In this document: in pieces, positions 1 through 13,745 of the stretch
How the letters are laid out: each line of letters starts with the position of its first letter
How positions within the stretch are numbered: position 1 is the first letter of the stretch
NCBI RefSeq assembly: GCF_009914755.1
Contig: NC_060929.1
Strand: one strand, 5' to 3'
DNA from: the human T2T-CHM13v2.0 reference genome, Homo sapiens
DNA: 64,000 nt
Made by a program: the position numbers and the translations under genes
Notes under the pieces: model-generated
What the model was told of the DNA's origin: nothing
The model's database searches: none
Seen by the model: only the letters and a program-made list of their open reading frames with translations

Positions 1-94
1 CCACAGTAGTGAAAGCACAGAATTTTAATTACTGGACTGAAAGGTGGAGCAGCTTTATTGTGAATCCTACAGACAGTTTGAGCACATATGTTAT

Positions 95-1036
95 TGTGGG
101 GAAAAGAAAGAGAGATCAGATTGTTACTGTGTCTGTGTAGAAAGAAGTAGACATAGGAGACTCCATTTTGTTCTGTACTAAGACAAATTCTTTTGCCTTG
201 AGATGCTGTTAATCTATAACCTTACCCCCAACCCCGTGCTCTCTGAAACATGTGATGTGTCAACTTACGGTTAAATGGATTAAGGGCGGTGCAAGATGTG
301 CTTTGTTAAACAGATGCTTGAAGGCAGCATGCTCATTAAGAGTCTTCACCACTCCCTAATCTCAAGTACCCAGGGACCTCTGCCTAGGAAAGCCAGGTAT
401 TGTCCAAGGTTTCTCCCCATGTGATAGTCTGAAATATGGCCTCCTGGGAAGGGAAAGACCTGACCATCCCCCAGCCCAACACCCGTAAAGGGTCTGTGCT
501 GAGGAGGATTAGTATAAGAGGAAGGCATGCCTCTTTGCAGTTGAGACAAGAGGAAGCCATCTGTCTCCTGCCCGTCCCTGGGCAATGGAATGTCTCGGTA
601 TAAAACCCGATTGTATGTTCCATCTACTGAGATGGGGGAAAACTGCCTTAGGGCTGGAGGTGGGACATGCGGGCAACAATACTGCTTTGTAAGGCATTGA
701 GATGTTTATGTGTATGCATATCTAAAGCACAGCACTTAATTCGTTACCTTGTCTATGATGCAGAGACCTTTGTTCACGTGTTTATCTGCTGACCTTCTCT
801 CCACTATTATCCTATGACCCTGCCACATCCCCCTCTCTGAGAAACACCCAAAAATGATGAATAAATACTAAGAGAACTCAGAGGCTGGCGGGATCCTCCA
901 TATGCTGAACGCTGGTTTCCTGGGTCCCCTTATTTTCTTTCTCTATACTTCGTCTCTGTGTCTTTTTCTTTTCCAAGTCTCTCGTTCCACCTAACGAGAA
1001 ACACCCACAGGTGTGGAGGGGCAACCCACCCCTTCA
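95..1036 (+). mobile_element. Solo LTR5 of HERV-K(HML-2), probably LTR5B-type
   Basis: Starts TGTGGGGAAAAAGAAAGAGAGATCAGATTGTTACTGTGTCTGTGTAGAAAG and ends CCACCCCTTCA. Internal TATAAAA (~599) and AATAAA (~860). 5-bp TSD GTTAT at 90-94 and 1037-1041. Confidence 0.93.
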
Positions 1037-2853
1037 GTTATGATTTTCACTTTGTGTTAGGTCAGATTTTTGCTGTTTAATTTTGTCAAGAGAATTTCTA
1101 AGGTTAGCCATGATACTATTATATGTCTTTATTTTAATTTGGTCTGTCTATAAACACAAAGAAGGCAATTGTTTAGAACCAAGCAACAAGAGTTGAGATG
1201 ACAAAAGCCCACAGTGATGGGACTTTTAAGACAAACTCCCCTGAGAGCTTGACACATTCATAACAAAAAGTGTGCTGCTTAAAATCTTACATGTCTCACG
1301 TCCCAGCCATTTTCAGACTGGTCACCTTATATGACCTGAAAATCATGCCTCATAGATAGTGGAGACCAAGAGAGAGTGCTCCCACTTTGTCACCAGCCAC
1401 ACTTTCAAGGATATAAAACAAGATGAAAGGGGAATCTCATATGGTTTTTATTTTGGGGGCCCACAACAAAGTTTATATGCTGTTCTGGTCAGAACTACAA
1501 TTCTGACAAGTCCGCAAGGCTGGCTGGAAAAATGGGCTTATAAAGGCTTTAGGCCTATGTTCTACCTCATGCTTGGTACCCTTCTTTATGACATAACAAC
1601 ACGGAAAGACAAAGAAAGAAAAAGTTGATTTCTGGGACAAAAAGGATCAAATAATATGAATACTTAAACCAAAAATTACACCAGAGTCACAACACCCAAG
1701 ACTACTCACACAAATCCTTGTCTCCCATTAATCAAGATTTTGCAGAGAAAAGAGACAAACAGGGATTTTAACTGTCAACTTGATCAGATTCCACAGAAAG
1801 AGAGGCCAGAAGCTTGGCCGGTAAGAAATTCTTGTTCTTCTGGCAGCTAGTCAGGTCCTGGGTTCCCTTCACTCTGGCTTAAGAGCAGAATAGTTTTGGT
1901 ATACTGCTCACAGCACCAAAACTATAGGAGCCAAGCAAAAACTTCCCCTTTGCCCTCTGAAGGTCCACTGAAAAATCAACTGATAAAAGGCAGCTTAATA
2001 GGAGAAATGGCACAGAAATTTATTAACATACCCACAAAGGAGAACCACAGAGTAATTATTCCTCATGTCATTTCTTCTTTTAATCTGCTTTTTTTGTCAG
2101 TTGACTTTTCAACAAAACTTCAGAGGGCAAAGGGGAAGTTTTTCCTTGGGCTCTATGATAGGAATTGATTCATTCGCTTGTTCATTCAACAAATATTGAT
2201 TTGTGTCTACTTCATGCCAGACACTGTTCCAGGTGCTGAGGATAAGCAGGGGTGTGAGATTGGTAGGTTGGAGGCATATGAGACATGAAGCAGAAAACAA
2301 GTTCAGTGGCTATTGTAGAAATTCTGGTGAGAAATGATGGTAGCTACTAAGCTAGTAGTAGTGGGGTTGGACAGAAGGGCCACATTTAAGAGATTTTTAG
2401 GAAGAAGTTGACAGATGTTGAGAGATTGTATGTGAGTCATTAGTGAGAGGCCAGAGATCAGGATGACTTTCAGGATTCTGGCTTTGGTGCCTCAGCCTAT
2501 AAGATTCGGAATACCAGAAGGGAGCAGATTCAGGAAATGAAGGGACTCTCCTTTCTTCCGTTTTGGATATTTCATTTGGTACCTGGAGCATCCAAGTAGA
2601 GTTCTTCAGAGGAGAGTTAAATTTATGGTGTTGGCACTCAGAGCAATGTTGCTTGAGTTAGAGATTTGATAGCTGAAGCCACAGGAAGAAATGAGATTAC
2701 TTAGGAAAAGTGAGACAGAAGAGAAGAGAAAATTATCAAGTTTAATGGCTGGATTGAAGAAGAGAAATCTGTTTTCTTCATTTACATAGGAATAAAATGA
2801 CAGAAGCCAGTGGAGAATAGAAGGTTAAAGAGGAAGAGCTTACGAGTGCCAAA

Positions 2854-3484
2854 TGTTGGTTAGGGGCTGGGAAATCTTTCCCTTTGCCTTCTGAAGTTTT
2901 GCTGAAAATCACATATTACTAGGAGAAAAGGCATATAAATTTATTTGGTTAGAGTTGTACCTGACACAGGAGCCTTTAGAATGCGGACCCAAAGATATAG
3001 AGGAAACTGTCCATTTTTATCATTAGGTTCAACAAAGTATGGGCAGCTATGTAGAAATATGATTGGACAAAAAGGGTAAGATCTAATGCTAAAGACCGAG
3101 TGGGGAAACCTACCTAGAAAGGCCTGTCTGTCTAGATTCTTCTTGGCATCTCTGAGCATGGATTTCATTCTGGATATGGGGCAGGATGCTCTCTGGAATG
3201 AGGGTCTTTAGACCTGCAATCAAACAAGGTAGGTCAAATAATTTTTTTTATGGCTGATTTTTACACAAAAATGTTGGGGGAACGTTAGGATAATACTTTT
3301 AGGTTTTATGCCTGGTGTTGGGGAAATGGGGTTCTAGTTTCTATGACCTGCCTTGAGGAAGAAAAATTCTAGTTTCTAAGGCTAGCCTTGGGAGAATGAG
3401 GGGCCAGAGGCAGGAGGATAGAAGGTCAGAGAGACTTGCTTTTGAAGCCTTTGTATTGGAGTATTGTTTTTCTGACAGCCTACA
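2854..3484 (-). mobile_element. ERV1-class LTR (MER34/MER39-like); a related fragment lies at ~1930-2090
   Basis: The motif TTCCCTTTGCCYTCTGAAG...CTGAAAATCA...AGGAGAAA..GGCA is shared between ~1945 and ~2878; TG...CA ends. Family from recalled consensus only. Confidence 0.5.
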
Positions 3485-3774
3485 GTTGCAGAGATGTGAA
3501 ATAATAGTAGGATTCTGAAGAGTCCATGAAAGTGCACCCTTTCCTGAGATTGAGCACTCTAGATGCTGCAGTGGGTGTATCCTGCCTGAGGCCATTAAAC
3601 TAATGAATAAACCACTTCTGGGAATCTAGTGCTAAGCAATCTTCTTCTTATAATTTTATTATCCATCTAAATTTGCATATTGGGAGGAAAATAATAACAA
3701 TAATAATAGCTAATATTTAGCATTTACTATGTTCCAAATGAACACTTTACATGGATTATCTAATTTAATTATCT

Positions 3775-4331
3775 TATATAGAGGTAGATCAGCAGGACTT
3801 GTTTTCCAAACACTGGTCACAACCTTGCTAATCAAAACAGGAGGCATTAAATAAATCAGCTAAATCAGCTAAAACCAAGATGGCAACGAATGTGATCTCT
3901 AATTGCCCTTGATCTGTGTTATACACTAATTATAATACATTAGCATGCTAAAAGATACTCACACTGGTGCCATAACAGTTTACAAATGCCATGGCAATGT
4001 CCAGAAGCTATTATATGGTTTAAAAGAGGAGGAACCTTTGGTTTTGAGAACTCCTCATCCTTTTCTAGGAAATTTATGAATAACCTGCCCCTTATTTAGC
4101 ATATAATTAAGGAGTAGCTATAAATAGAGTTAGTCAGCAATCCATGAGTGCTACTCTGCTTATGGGGTAGCCCTGCTCTATCTATGGAGCAGCCATTTTC
4201 CTGTATTCTGTTGCTCTTAATAAACTTGGTTTGCTTTCACTTTACTCTGTTGGCTCACCCTTGAATTCCTTCCTGCATGAAGCCAAGAACCCTCCTGGGC
4301 TGAGCCCCAGTTTTGGGATTCACCTGCATCA
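3775..4331 (+). mobile_element. 5' LTR of a MER41-like (ERV1) provirus
   Basis: MER41-type text AACCAAGATGGC...TAATTATAATACATTAGCATGCTAAAAGA...CAGTTTACAAATGCCATGGCAA; AATAAA; ends CCTGCATCA; followed by a degenerate PBS-like TGGAACCCATGAAGGGA. 5' end approximate. Confidence 0.75.
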
Positions 4332-4518
4332 TCTTTCCTGGAACCCATGAAGGGATTAACAAGCCGAGGGGAACTGCAGGAGACCTTCACTGGACGCCCC
4401 CCTACTAACATCAATCAGCACCATTTGCCCTCCATGGATAGGTGTCTCCTTTGTTTCCCCTGCTATTTGGGCAATTGTTTCTATGTTATATGAGGTAGGA
4501 CAGTTTCCTTGTTTTGCA

Positions 4519-4826
<308 letters not shown>

Positions 4827-5331
4827 TGCATTTTTTCTTTTGTTATTATGAGTGATCCCCCATTGTGCTGACTTTGGAATGTTGGAGTCATGCTGTTCTG
4901 TGCCCCCAATTGTTTTGGAATTGTCCCCATAGGATTGTGGGTGAGAATCCCACCATTGAGGACCTTGGGCTTGTGCCTTTGGGGTTCACTGTTGTCTGCC
5001 TCCAGGTTGTTCTGGGATGTGTAGCATTTGATGTGGGGGACCGTCATTGGTTGATGCCTGGATGCTCCAGGTTTTTCAGCATTAACTGCTTTTGGCCCTC
5101 TAAGATTGTGGGTTAGAGTCCCACTCTAGAGGGATCTAGGTATCCCCTCTAGGATTGTGGGTTAGAGTCCCATCCTTGGGGGATCTTGGTCTCATTTTTT
5201 CTTGTTGTCTTTGTCATCCCATTTTTTCTCCAAAATGCTTTCTTCACTTTTTGTGGAATTCAGACTATAAGAATCCTATTTCCTTATTTTAATCTCTCCT
5301 TCAATAATTTGCTTATTAAAACTCCTCTTTT

Positions 5332-5669
<338 letters not shown>

Positions 5670-7445
5670 CTAGTGGATGCAGCCATCCATCTCTCTACTG
5701 TCCACTCATATCTGATAATTCATTTTCGTTATGCCATGGTAACTGTACTTATGCCTTCTTTGCAGGAATTAGTGGTGATTGCCCTACTGACCTTTCTTGA
5801 GGGAAAAGGGAGGTAGGCATTTGAAAGAAAAATTAACTAGGCTCTTGATAGATTTAGAAAAACTTCTGTGTCTAGTGGAGATCCTTGTTAGACATGGGGA
5901 CAATGGCAAGCATCTCAAAGGACTTGCTGCTAGGGTGTCAAAAGCAATTGGATCAAATTCAAATTCTCTTAAAGAGAAAGAGACCGATTTTCTTTCTTTT
6001 TTTTTTTTTTCATGGAAGAAAAACTTTAATTGCTGTTTTAAAAAACCTCTGTATGAGGTAGAAATTGGTTTCAATAATATTAGTAAAGAATATGTTCTAG
6101 AAAGTGGAGGTAACTGGATGTAAAATTCTGGCAGCAATTTAATAGAACAGTCCTAGACGGTTAGGCTGAGTCCAACACCTAATGAGGATGAAAGCTTTGT
6201 CTGTGGGGAATTTTGGATGATACTTGGAGAAATATTACACTGTGCATAAACCAAATTGAATTGCTTTCACAAGTGTTATAAAGTTTCATATAGTAAAAGG
6301 TTTTTTCTACATGCACTTCAATTTCACAGCAAGAGTGGCAGAGAATACCTAAACACAGAAGCGAACATTCGTGCAAGATATCTATTTCCTTGATATAATA
6401 ATGCATACAATTCAAAATGATTACACTATCATTACATATAGGGCTTTATGCAACTACACTGTGGTGGTTATGGAAAGCACTGACCCCAGCATCGACATCT
6501 AGAAAGCATCCACCACCTTCTTACGTGTGTTCTCTTTTTGCATTTTTTTCTTCATTTTTCTTAATCAACTCTGCTGTTATTGCTGCTTCTTAGCAAAACT
6601 GGTAAAAACAAAATTGTAATCATTGAACATAGCACTCTGGCAATCAAGACGCTTAAAACCTTCAATCTTCTGAGGTGAAGAAAACACGGCGCGACATTTA
6701 GAACTCTGATTAACAAAGTGATCACAAATTTTCCTGGCTTGAAGCCTTCCATAGCTTTCCTGATCAGGTCATCATAGGAGGTGGCTTAAGTTTGTTTCAA
6801 AGCTAACATAAAAAGATTCTGGTTCTGGAGTGATGTGAATAGTCCAATAAGTTCCATCTGATTTCATTCCATTCATCGAATACCCATAAGGATTGAACAT
6901 TGTGGCATTAATGACAGAACCTGGTATCAGGTTGTGAATTCCACTCTCACAAATGACATCCTTTGCAGTAACGCCATCTTTCATGTAGAACTGGTCCATA
7001 ACTGCTGGGTCAAGCCCACTCATCAAATTTTCCAGGGTTTGATCTGGCTGACTGATTACCTTTCTGGGAAATCCAGAGTACGTAAGTACCAACAGTCAGA
7101 ATTCATACTTCCCATACAATATGCTGCTCCATTTGGGAAAATTGCATTAAGAAACTCTATTTCTTCCTGGAAATTCTAGTGTAGGTACCCTTAGGGGGAA
7201 GGCTTCATGAAATTCTCACAAGAATAAAAGAAGCTTTGAATTGAGTCAAACCCACTGTAATGCCTAGCAAGCTTCAACAGGGGAACCAGCGCTTTCAGTA
7301 AGAGAGTGGTACCACGTGTCTTCAAAATGAAACGTTTCTTGGAGACAAACATGCTACTCTCACTGAGTACACAAGCTTCCTGGTTGTCAGTTTTTGTCAC
7401 ACTTATCATTGAACGTTGCACATCCTTCAAAAGTATGTCCCACTT

Positions 7446-7870
<425 letters not shown>

Positions 7871-8022
7871 TCACCATGAGACTGGCGAACAATCAACAAC
7901 CACAGAAAATCAACTAAATTAAACCTTTTCTTCTGCTGCTGCGGCTGCCGCGGCTGCTGTGAATTGTTCCAGCTGTGTTAGAAAAGTTCAGGTTCCTTTT
8001 TTTTTTTAAAGACTAATAAAAT

Positions 8023-8388
<366 letters not shown>

Positions 8389-8438
8389 TCAGTCTCTTGT
8401 ATTCCGCTGCTTCCCTGTCAGAGAGAGTAGAGCGAATG

Positions 8439-8459
8439 CTAGCTAATGTGGCTGACCAT
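8439..8459 (-). other. Remnant of the AMD1 MAGDIS uORF, reading MVSHIS*
   Basis: Reverse complement is ATG GTC AGC CAC ATT AGC TAG, ~12 nt from the retrocopy 5' end. Confidence 0.9.
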
Positions 8460-9567
8460 ACTGTATAAGCCGAGACTCATTTTCCACTGCAACGCAGTTT
8501 GGGTCCAATACAAATTAAGAGACCAAGAAATTTGGCCTAAAAATGGTTTGTTACATTATTTTACAATTCAACTTATTCTGTAAAAAGGAAGGAGAATGAA
8601 GAGAAATCCCTTATGTACAGGCTCTTATGGCTCTCTACTAGGAGCCTGACTTAAGGGACACCTGTAGAATGTGCCTTGCTCATGTTACATCCAGACACCA
8701 AAAAGCCACACTAGATACCCTAGATAATCCCCTCCTAGCTACTCCCCATAGAAGGCCCATGTGCTCCCCAACCTGAAGTCTCTTCAGTCCCCCAGTTCTG
8801 AGGAGGCTGATCTCACCAGTTCCACAGCACAGGATTCCACCTCCCCTTCCCCTTATTAAACTATCCCAAGCCTATATCTCGCCCTGCCCAAGGAAGTAAG
8901 CCCAACCAGTATCACCAGGAGTGGGGTCTCATATCAGCCCCTAAAACTGAACCTATGTTCATTGTGAGAGGTAGCTGATAGAGATGACTGGACAATCAGA
9001 ATACATGTGTTTTTTTTTTTTTTTCTATATCTGATTTGGCTTTATGCAAGGAGAAATGTAGCTGGTTTTTAAGAGGATGCAGGGAAGTTTGTAGAGAAGT
9101 TTGTTAAGTTGACCATGTCCTTTGACTTAACTTGGCATGACTTGCAAATATTGTCCACCTGCTCTATCATAGAGGATAAACAAATGATTCTGGGTACTGC
9201 CCGTAAAAATGCAGGTAGAATGCTTATAACCAAGGCCATGCCATTTATTATATGGGGGGAGATGCAGTTCCAGATCTGGAGACTCAAAGAGATTACCAGA
9301 GGAGTTGCCAAGATTTTGAATGCAGAAATCACATGGTAACTTGTTTAATAGAAAGCATGAAAAAGTGTGCGGTTAAGCCAGCTAATTATGACACGATTAG
9401 AGATGTAACTTTGAAAAGGATGGAAATCCTGCTTTATTTCAGGGCTGTCTGGTTGAGACACTCAGGAATTATACTAATACAGACCCAGACTCCCTGGAAA
9501 GGTATGCTTTCCTGGGTATGCATTTTATTACTCAGTCTTTCCTTGAGATTAGAAGGAAGTTACATAA

Positions 9568-9900
<333 letters not shown>

Positions 9901-10407
9901 AGGCCAACTCTTAAACATGGCCTTTGGAGTTTACAACAGTAGGAACAGGGCAGAGGAGGCAGAGAAAACCAAAAGAAATAGTCAAAACACACAGTTCCTG
10001 GTGGCTGCCTTGAGCCCCCTACCACCTCAGAGTTACACATCTTGAGGAAGTGCCATGAGATTGGCATCTGGGATGCATAAATGAGAGCCTGACTTAGTGG
10101 CCCCTGAGCCAAAGTCAGTGTGCCCTCTGTAAGCAAGAGGACCACTGGAAAAGGGCTGCCCCAGGCTCTGAGGGGGTCAACCAAACCCATAATAGCCAAG
10201 AGAACAGAGGACTCATGGGGCCTGAGATCCCCCACAGCTCCCACTGGACACCTTACTATCTCCACAGAGGAGCTTCTGGTAACCCTTTACATAGCAGGTA
10301 ACAATATTGAGTCCTTATTGGATATGAGTCAGCCTCTCAGTTCTGACCCATTTCTCAGGGGCATTGTCTTCTTTTACATTTTGAGCACTTTACTGCTTAA
10401 AAATGTG

Positions 10408-10719
10408 TCCCTCATATGGTTTAAAAGGGGAGGAACCCTTGGTTCTAGGAACTCCCCATCCCTTTCATAGAAAATTTGTGAATAACCCACCCCTTATTTA
10501 GCATATAATTAAGGATTAGCTATAAATATTGTTAGTCAGCAATCCATGAGTGCTACTCTGCCAATGGGGTAGCCCTGCTCTGTCTATGGAGCAGCCATTT
10601 TCCTGTTCTCTGTTGTGCTAATAAACTTGCTTTGCTTTTACTTTACTCTGTCACCACCCTTGAATTCTTTCCTTCCTACCTGAAGCCAAGAGCCCCAATT
10701 TTTGGGTTTGCCTGCATCA
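10408..10719 (+). mobile_element. 5'-truncated 3' LTR of the same MER41-like provirus
   Basis: Direct repeat of ~4012-4331 (ATATGGTTTAAAAG...CCCTTATTTAGCATATAATTAAGGA..AGCTATAAATA...AATAAACTTG...CCTGCATCA). Confidence 0.85.
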
Positions 10720-11623
10720 ATTTGATCTTCAAAACAACCCTATAAAGTAGGCATTATTGCTTACCTATTTTATTCGTATAAAAATACTGGGGCTCAGACA
10801 TGTAAATTAACTTGCCTAAGATCACATAAATAGTGAGCTACTCAGTTCTAAATACATAGTCTACAAGCTTAAACAATATGCTACACTTTGTCTCCAGAAT
10901 AAATGGATCATATTGATGCAAACATTCCATTCTTCTTGAATTATATTTCTCACAATAAATAAATAAATAGGCCTCCCAATCGTACTAGCATTTGGAATAA
11001 TAAAAATTTGTGAATGATTTGGAAACCAGCAATTGTCAGTACCAGGAAACATAAACAGTGAGTGTAGACAACTTTGTCTAAGCTTGATTGTGAAATAAAA
11101 GAAAGAGATATGGAACTAGTTTGCAATGCAAGTGTATTAAAGAAGTTTCTGTTGCTATTAGAGTTTTTTTTTTAAATTACGTAAACATAAATATGTCAGC
11201 TAAAGACAATGAGGCGAAGGACTACATCAGGGAAAAGAGGGGAAATCAAGGGAGGAAAGGACTGAAGGAGGTGGCAGCTCGCAAATTCAAAGTACAGGCA
11301 GCAGGAGTAACTTTGGATGGGAGAAACTCTGTTTCACTGAGAAATGGAAGGAGATGCAGATACTGCAGGAAAAGAGAATGTTGGAAACAAGATGCTCTCC
11401 ATGTTCTCAGTGAAAAAGAAGGAAATGTCTTTGCTGAGAGTGAGGGTGGGAATGTAAAAAAAGAGGACTTGAGGAAAGTGACAACAGTTGCAAAAGCTGC
11501 TCTGGGAGGAGTGTGATCCTAGGAAAACTATTGGGTGGTGCAGAGGTCCAGTTGAGGTTGGAAAGTAGAGATTTGCAGGGGCAACACTCTGGACCATTTT
11601 GTGATTTCTCTCTAGCAACTCCC

Positions 11624-11913
11624 CTTTTTTTTGAGACAGAGTCTTGCTTGGTGGCCCAGGCTGGAGTGCAATGGCACGATGTTAGCTCACTGAAACCTCC
11701 GCCTCCTGGGTTCAAGCAATTCTTGTGCTTCAGCCTCCCAAGAGGCTGGGATTACAGGCATGCACCACCATGCCTGGCTTTTTTTTTTTTTTTTTTAGTA
11801 GAGAAGGGGTTTTGTCATGTTGCCCAGGCTGGTCTCAAACTCCTGGCCACAAGCAATCTACTCACCTTGGCCTCCCAGTGTTGGTATTACAAGCATGAGC
11901 CACCACACCTGGC
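11624..11913 (-). repeat. Alu (J/S-type)
   Basis: Reverse Alu; TSD TTCTCTCTAGCAACTC. Confidence 0.93.
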
Positions 11914-12669
11914 TTCTCTCTAGCAACTCTTGACAACCTGATATAGGCATTGGGAAACCTGTTAGTGGGAATGTAATTTTGTTATGTAGTTTAAGACACA
12001 AGGATTAAGACAGAAGGGGTTGAGAGGCTGTTCATGGCTTAGACTAGACAGAGAAAGGGTTGAAGATGGAAGATAGATTGGAAGGAAAAAGGAATCAAGA
12101 CACAGAAATAAGGGAGTTGAAAAGAAAGTTGTGGTCAGACCATGAGATGTTGGTGTTGAAAAGTTTAGAGGAAGTTCTGAATGAATAATCAGAACATGCA
12201 ATATACTACTAATAGCACAATTCAACTAACTGAACTGAGTGCTTGCTGACCAGCAGCAAGGTAATGTAATATCTGGAAATGCTCATTAATCAGATGATGT
12301 ACAGAGTCCAAGTAATGTACAGATTCCAAATTTGGCACTTAAAAAGACAGGAACATCAATGTTTAATGTATAAATGTCAGCAAGCAGGCTTTTGCCACTG
12401 GCACATTTTGTTTCCCTATTTCTCTCGTTCAATCTATTAACTGCTCTTTTTGTTGGCATGTGGTCAAAACCCAGTATCTTTTTTCTATTTCAACTCCTAC
12501 AGAATATTCACAATGCTTTCCTTCCTTTTAACAAGTATATTCTGACTGCCTAAGAAAGCCAGACACTCTGTTAGGTGTTGATGACATGCCAATGAATAAG
12601 ATAAAATATCCATCTTCAAGCAGCTTGCACTTCAGTGCAGGAATTATACAAATAGGAAATAATATGGAA

Positions 12670-13039
12670 TGCAGTGAACCAAATGTTTATGTCCCTGCAA
12701 AATTAATATATTAAAATCCTAACCCCCAAGGTGATGGAATCAGGGGGTAATACCTATACCCAATACCTTGGGTATTGGGAGGTGATCAGGTCATGAGGGC
12801 AGAGTCCTCATGAAAGGGATTAGCATCCTTATAAAAAGAGACCCAGAGAGATACATTGCTTCTTCCCCATGTGAGGTAATAGCTGTCTTTGAGGACACAG
12901 TCCCTCACCAGACAACAAGTCTGCTGCTACCTTGATCTTGGACTTCCCAGCCTCAAGAACTGTGAGAAATAAATTTCTGTTGTTTATAGATGACCCAGTT
13001 TATAACATTTTGGTATAGCAGCCCAAACAGACTAAGACA
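12670..13039 (+). mobile_element. MaLR LTR (MLT1A-like)
   Basis: AAATCCTAACCCCCAAGGTGATGG...GATCTTGGACTTCCCAGCCTC.AGAACTGTGAGAAATAAATTTCTGTTG...ACTAAGACA. Confidence 0.8.
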
Positions 13040-13455
13040 GAGAGTGATAAACACTATAATAATGTTAAAACTTGAGTCTTATGGAAGGGCACTTAACCTT
13101 GGATGGTCTGGAAAGGCTTCTGTGTAAAGGTCTCATCTCAAATAAAATTAAGGATTAGTAGGATAATCCAGGAAAATGAATGGGGAGGGAAAAATGAGAG
13201 GGACTTGATGTTCACAGAGGACTCCCTCTTTCTCTCTATAAAGGGGCTTCTGTTTTCCTTGCTTCTCTTGGTACCTTCATTCCCACAGGGAAGTCATTTT
13301 AGCATCCCCTCTCAGAGGATACTCTTTCCCACCAGAATCATTGAACTCAGAACCAAAAGACCTACAGTTAAGTCTCAGCTCTAATTCTTGTTGTTGTGAC
13401 TTCAGATGTATCAGTTTACCCTAAGCCATTGTTTCTTCACCTTAAAACAGGAACA

Positions 13456-13745
13456 GGCTGGGCACGGTGGCTCACACCTGTAATCCCAGCACTTTGGGAG
13501 GCCGAGGTGGGCGGATCATGAAGTCAGGAGTTTGAGACCAGCCTGGCCAATATGGTGAAACCTCATATCTACTAAAAAATACAAAAATTAGCTGGGCATG
13601 GTGGCGTGCGCCTGTGGTCCCAGCTATTCGGGGGGCTGAGGCAGGAGAATCGCTTGAACCTGGGAGGTGGAGGTTGCACCACTGCACTCCAGCCTGGGCA
13701 ACAACAGAGTGAGACTCCATCTCAAAAAACAACAACAACAAAAAA
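13456..13745 (+). repeat. Alu (S-type)
   Basis: Alu dimer with (CAA)n tail. Confidence 0.93.

Noticed and set aside
5784-6137. Overlapping 117/108-aa ORFs on opposite strands
   Set aside because: They span the ERV / poly(T) / AMD1 3'UTR junction; chance ORFs.
6772-7430. AMD1-like ORFs as a functional retrogene
   Set aside because: Alu insertion in the CDS, two stops, frameshifts and loss of the catalytic Cys.
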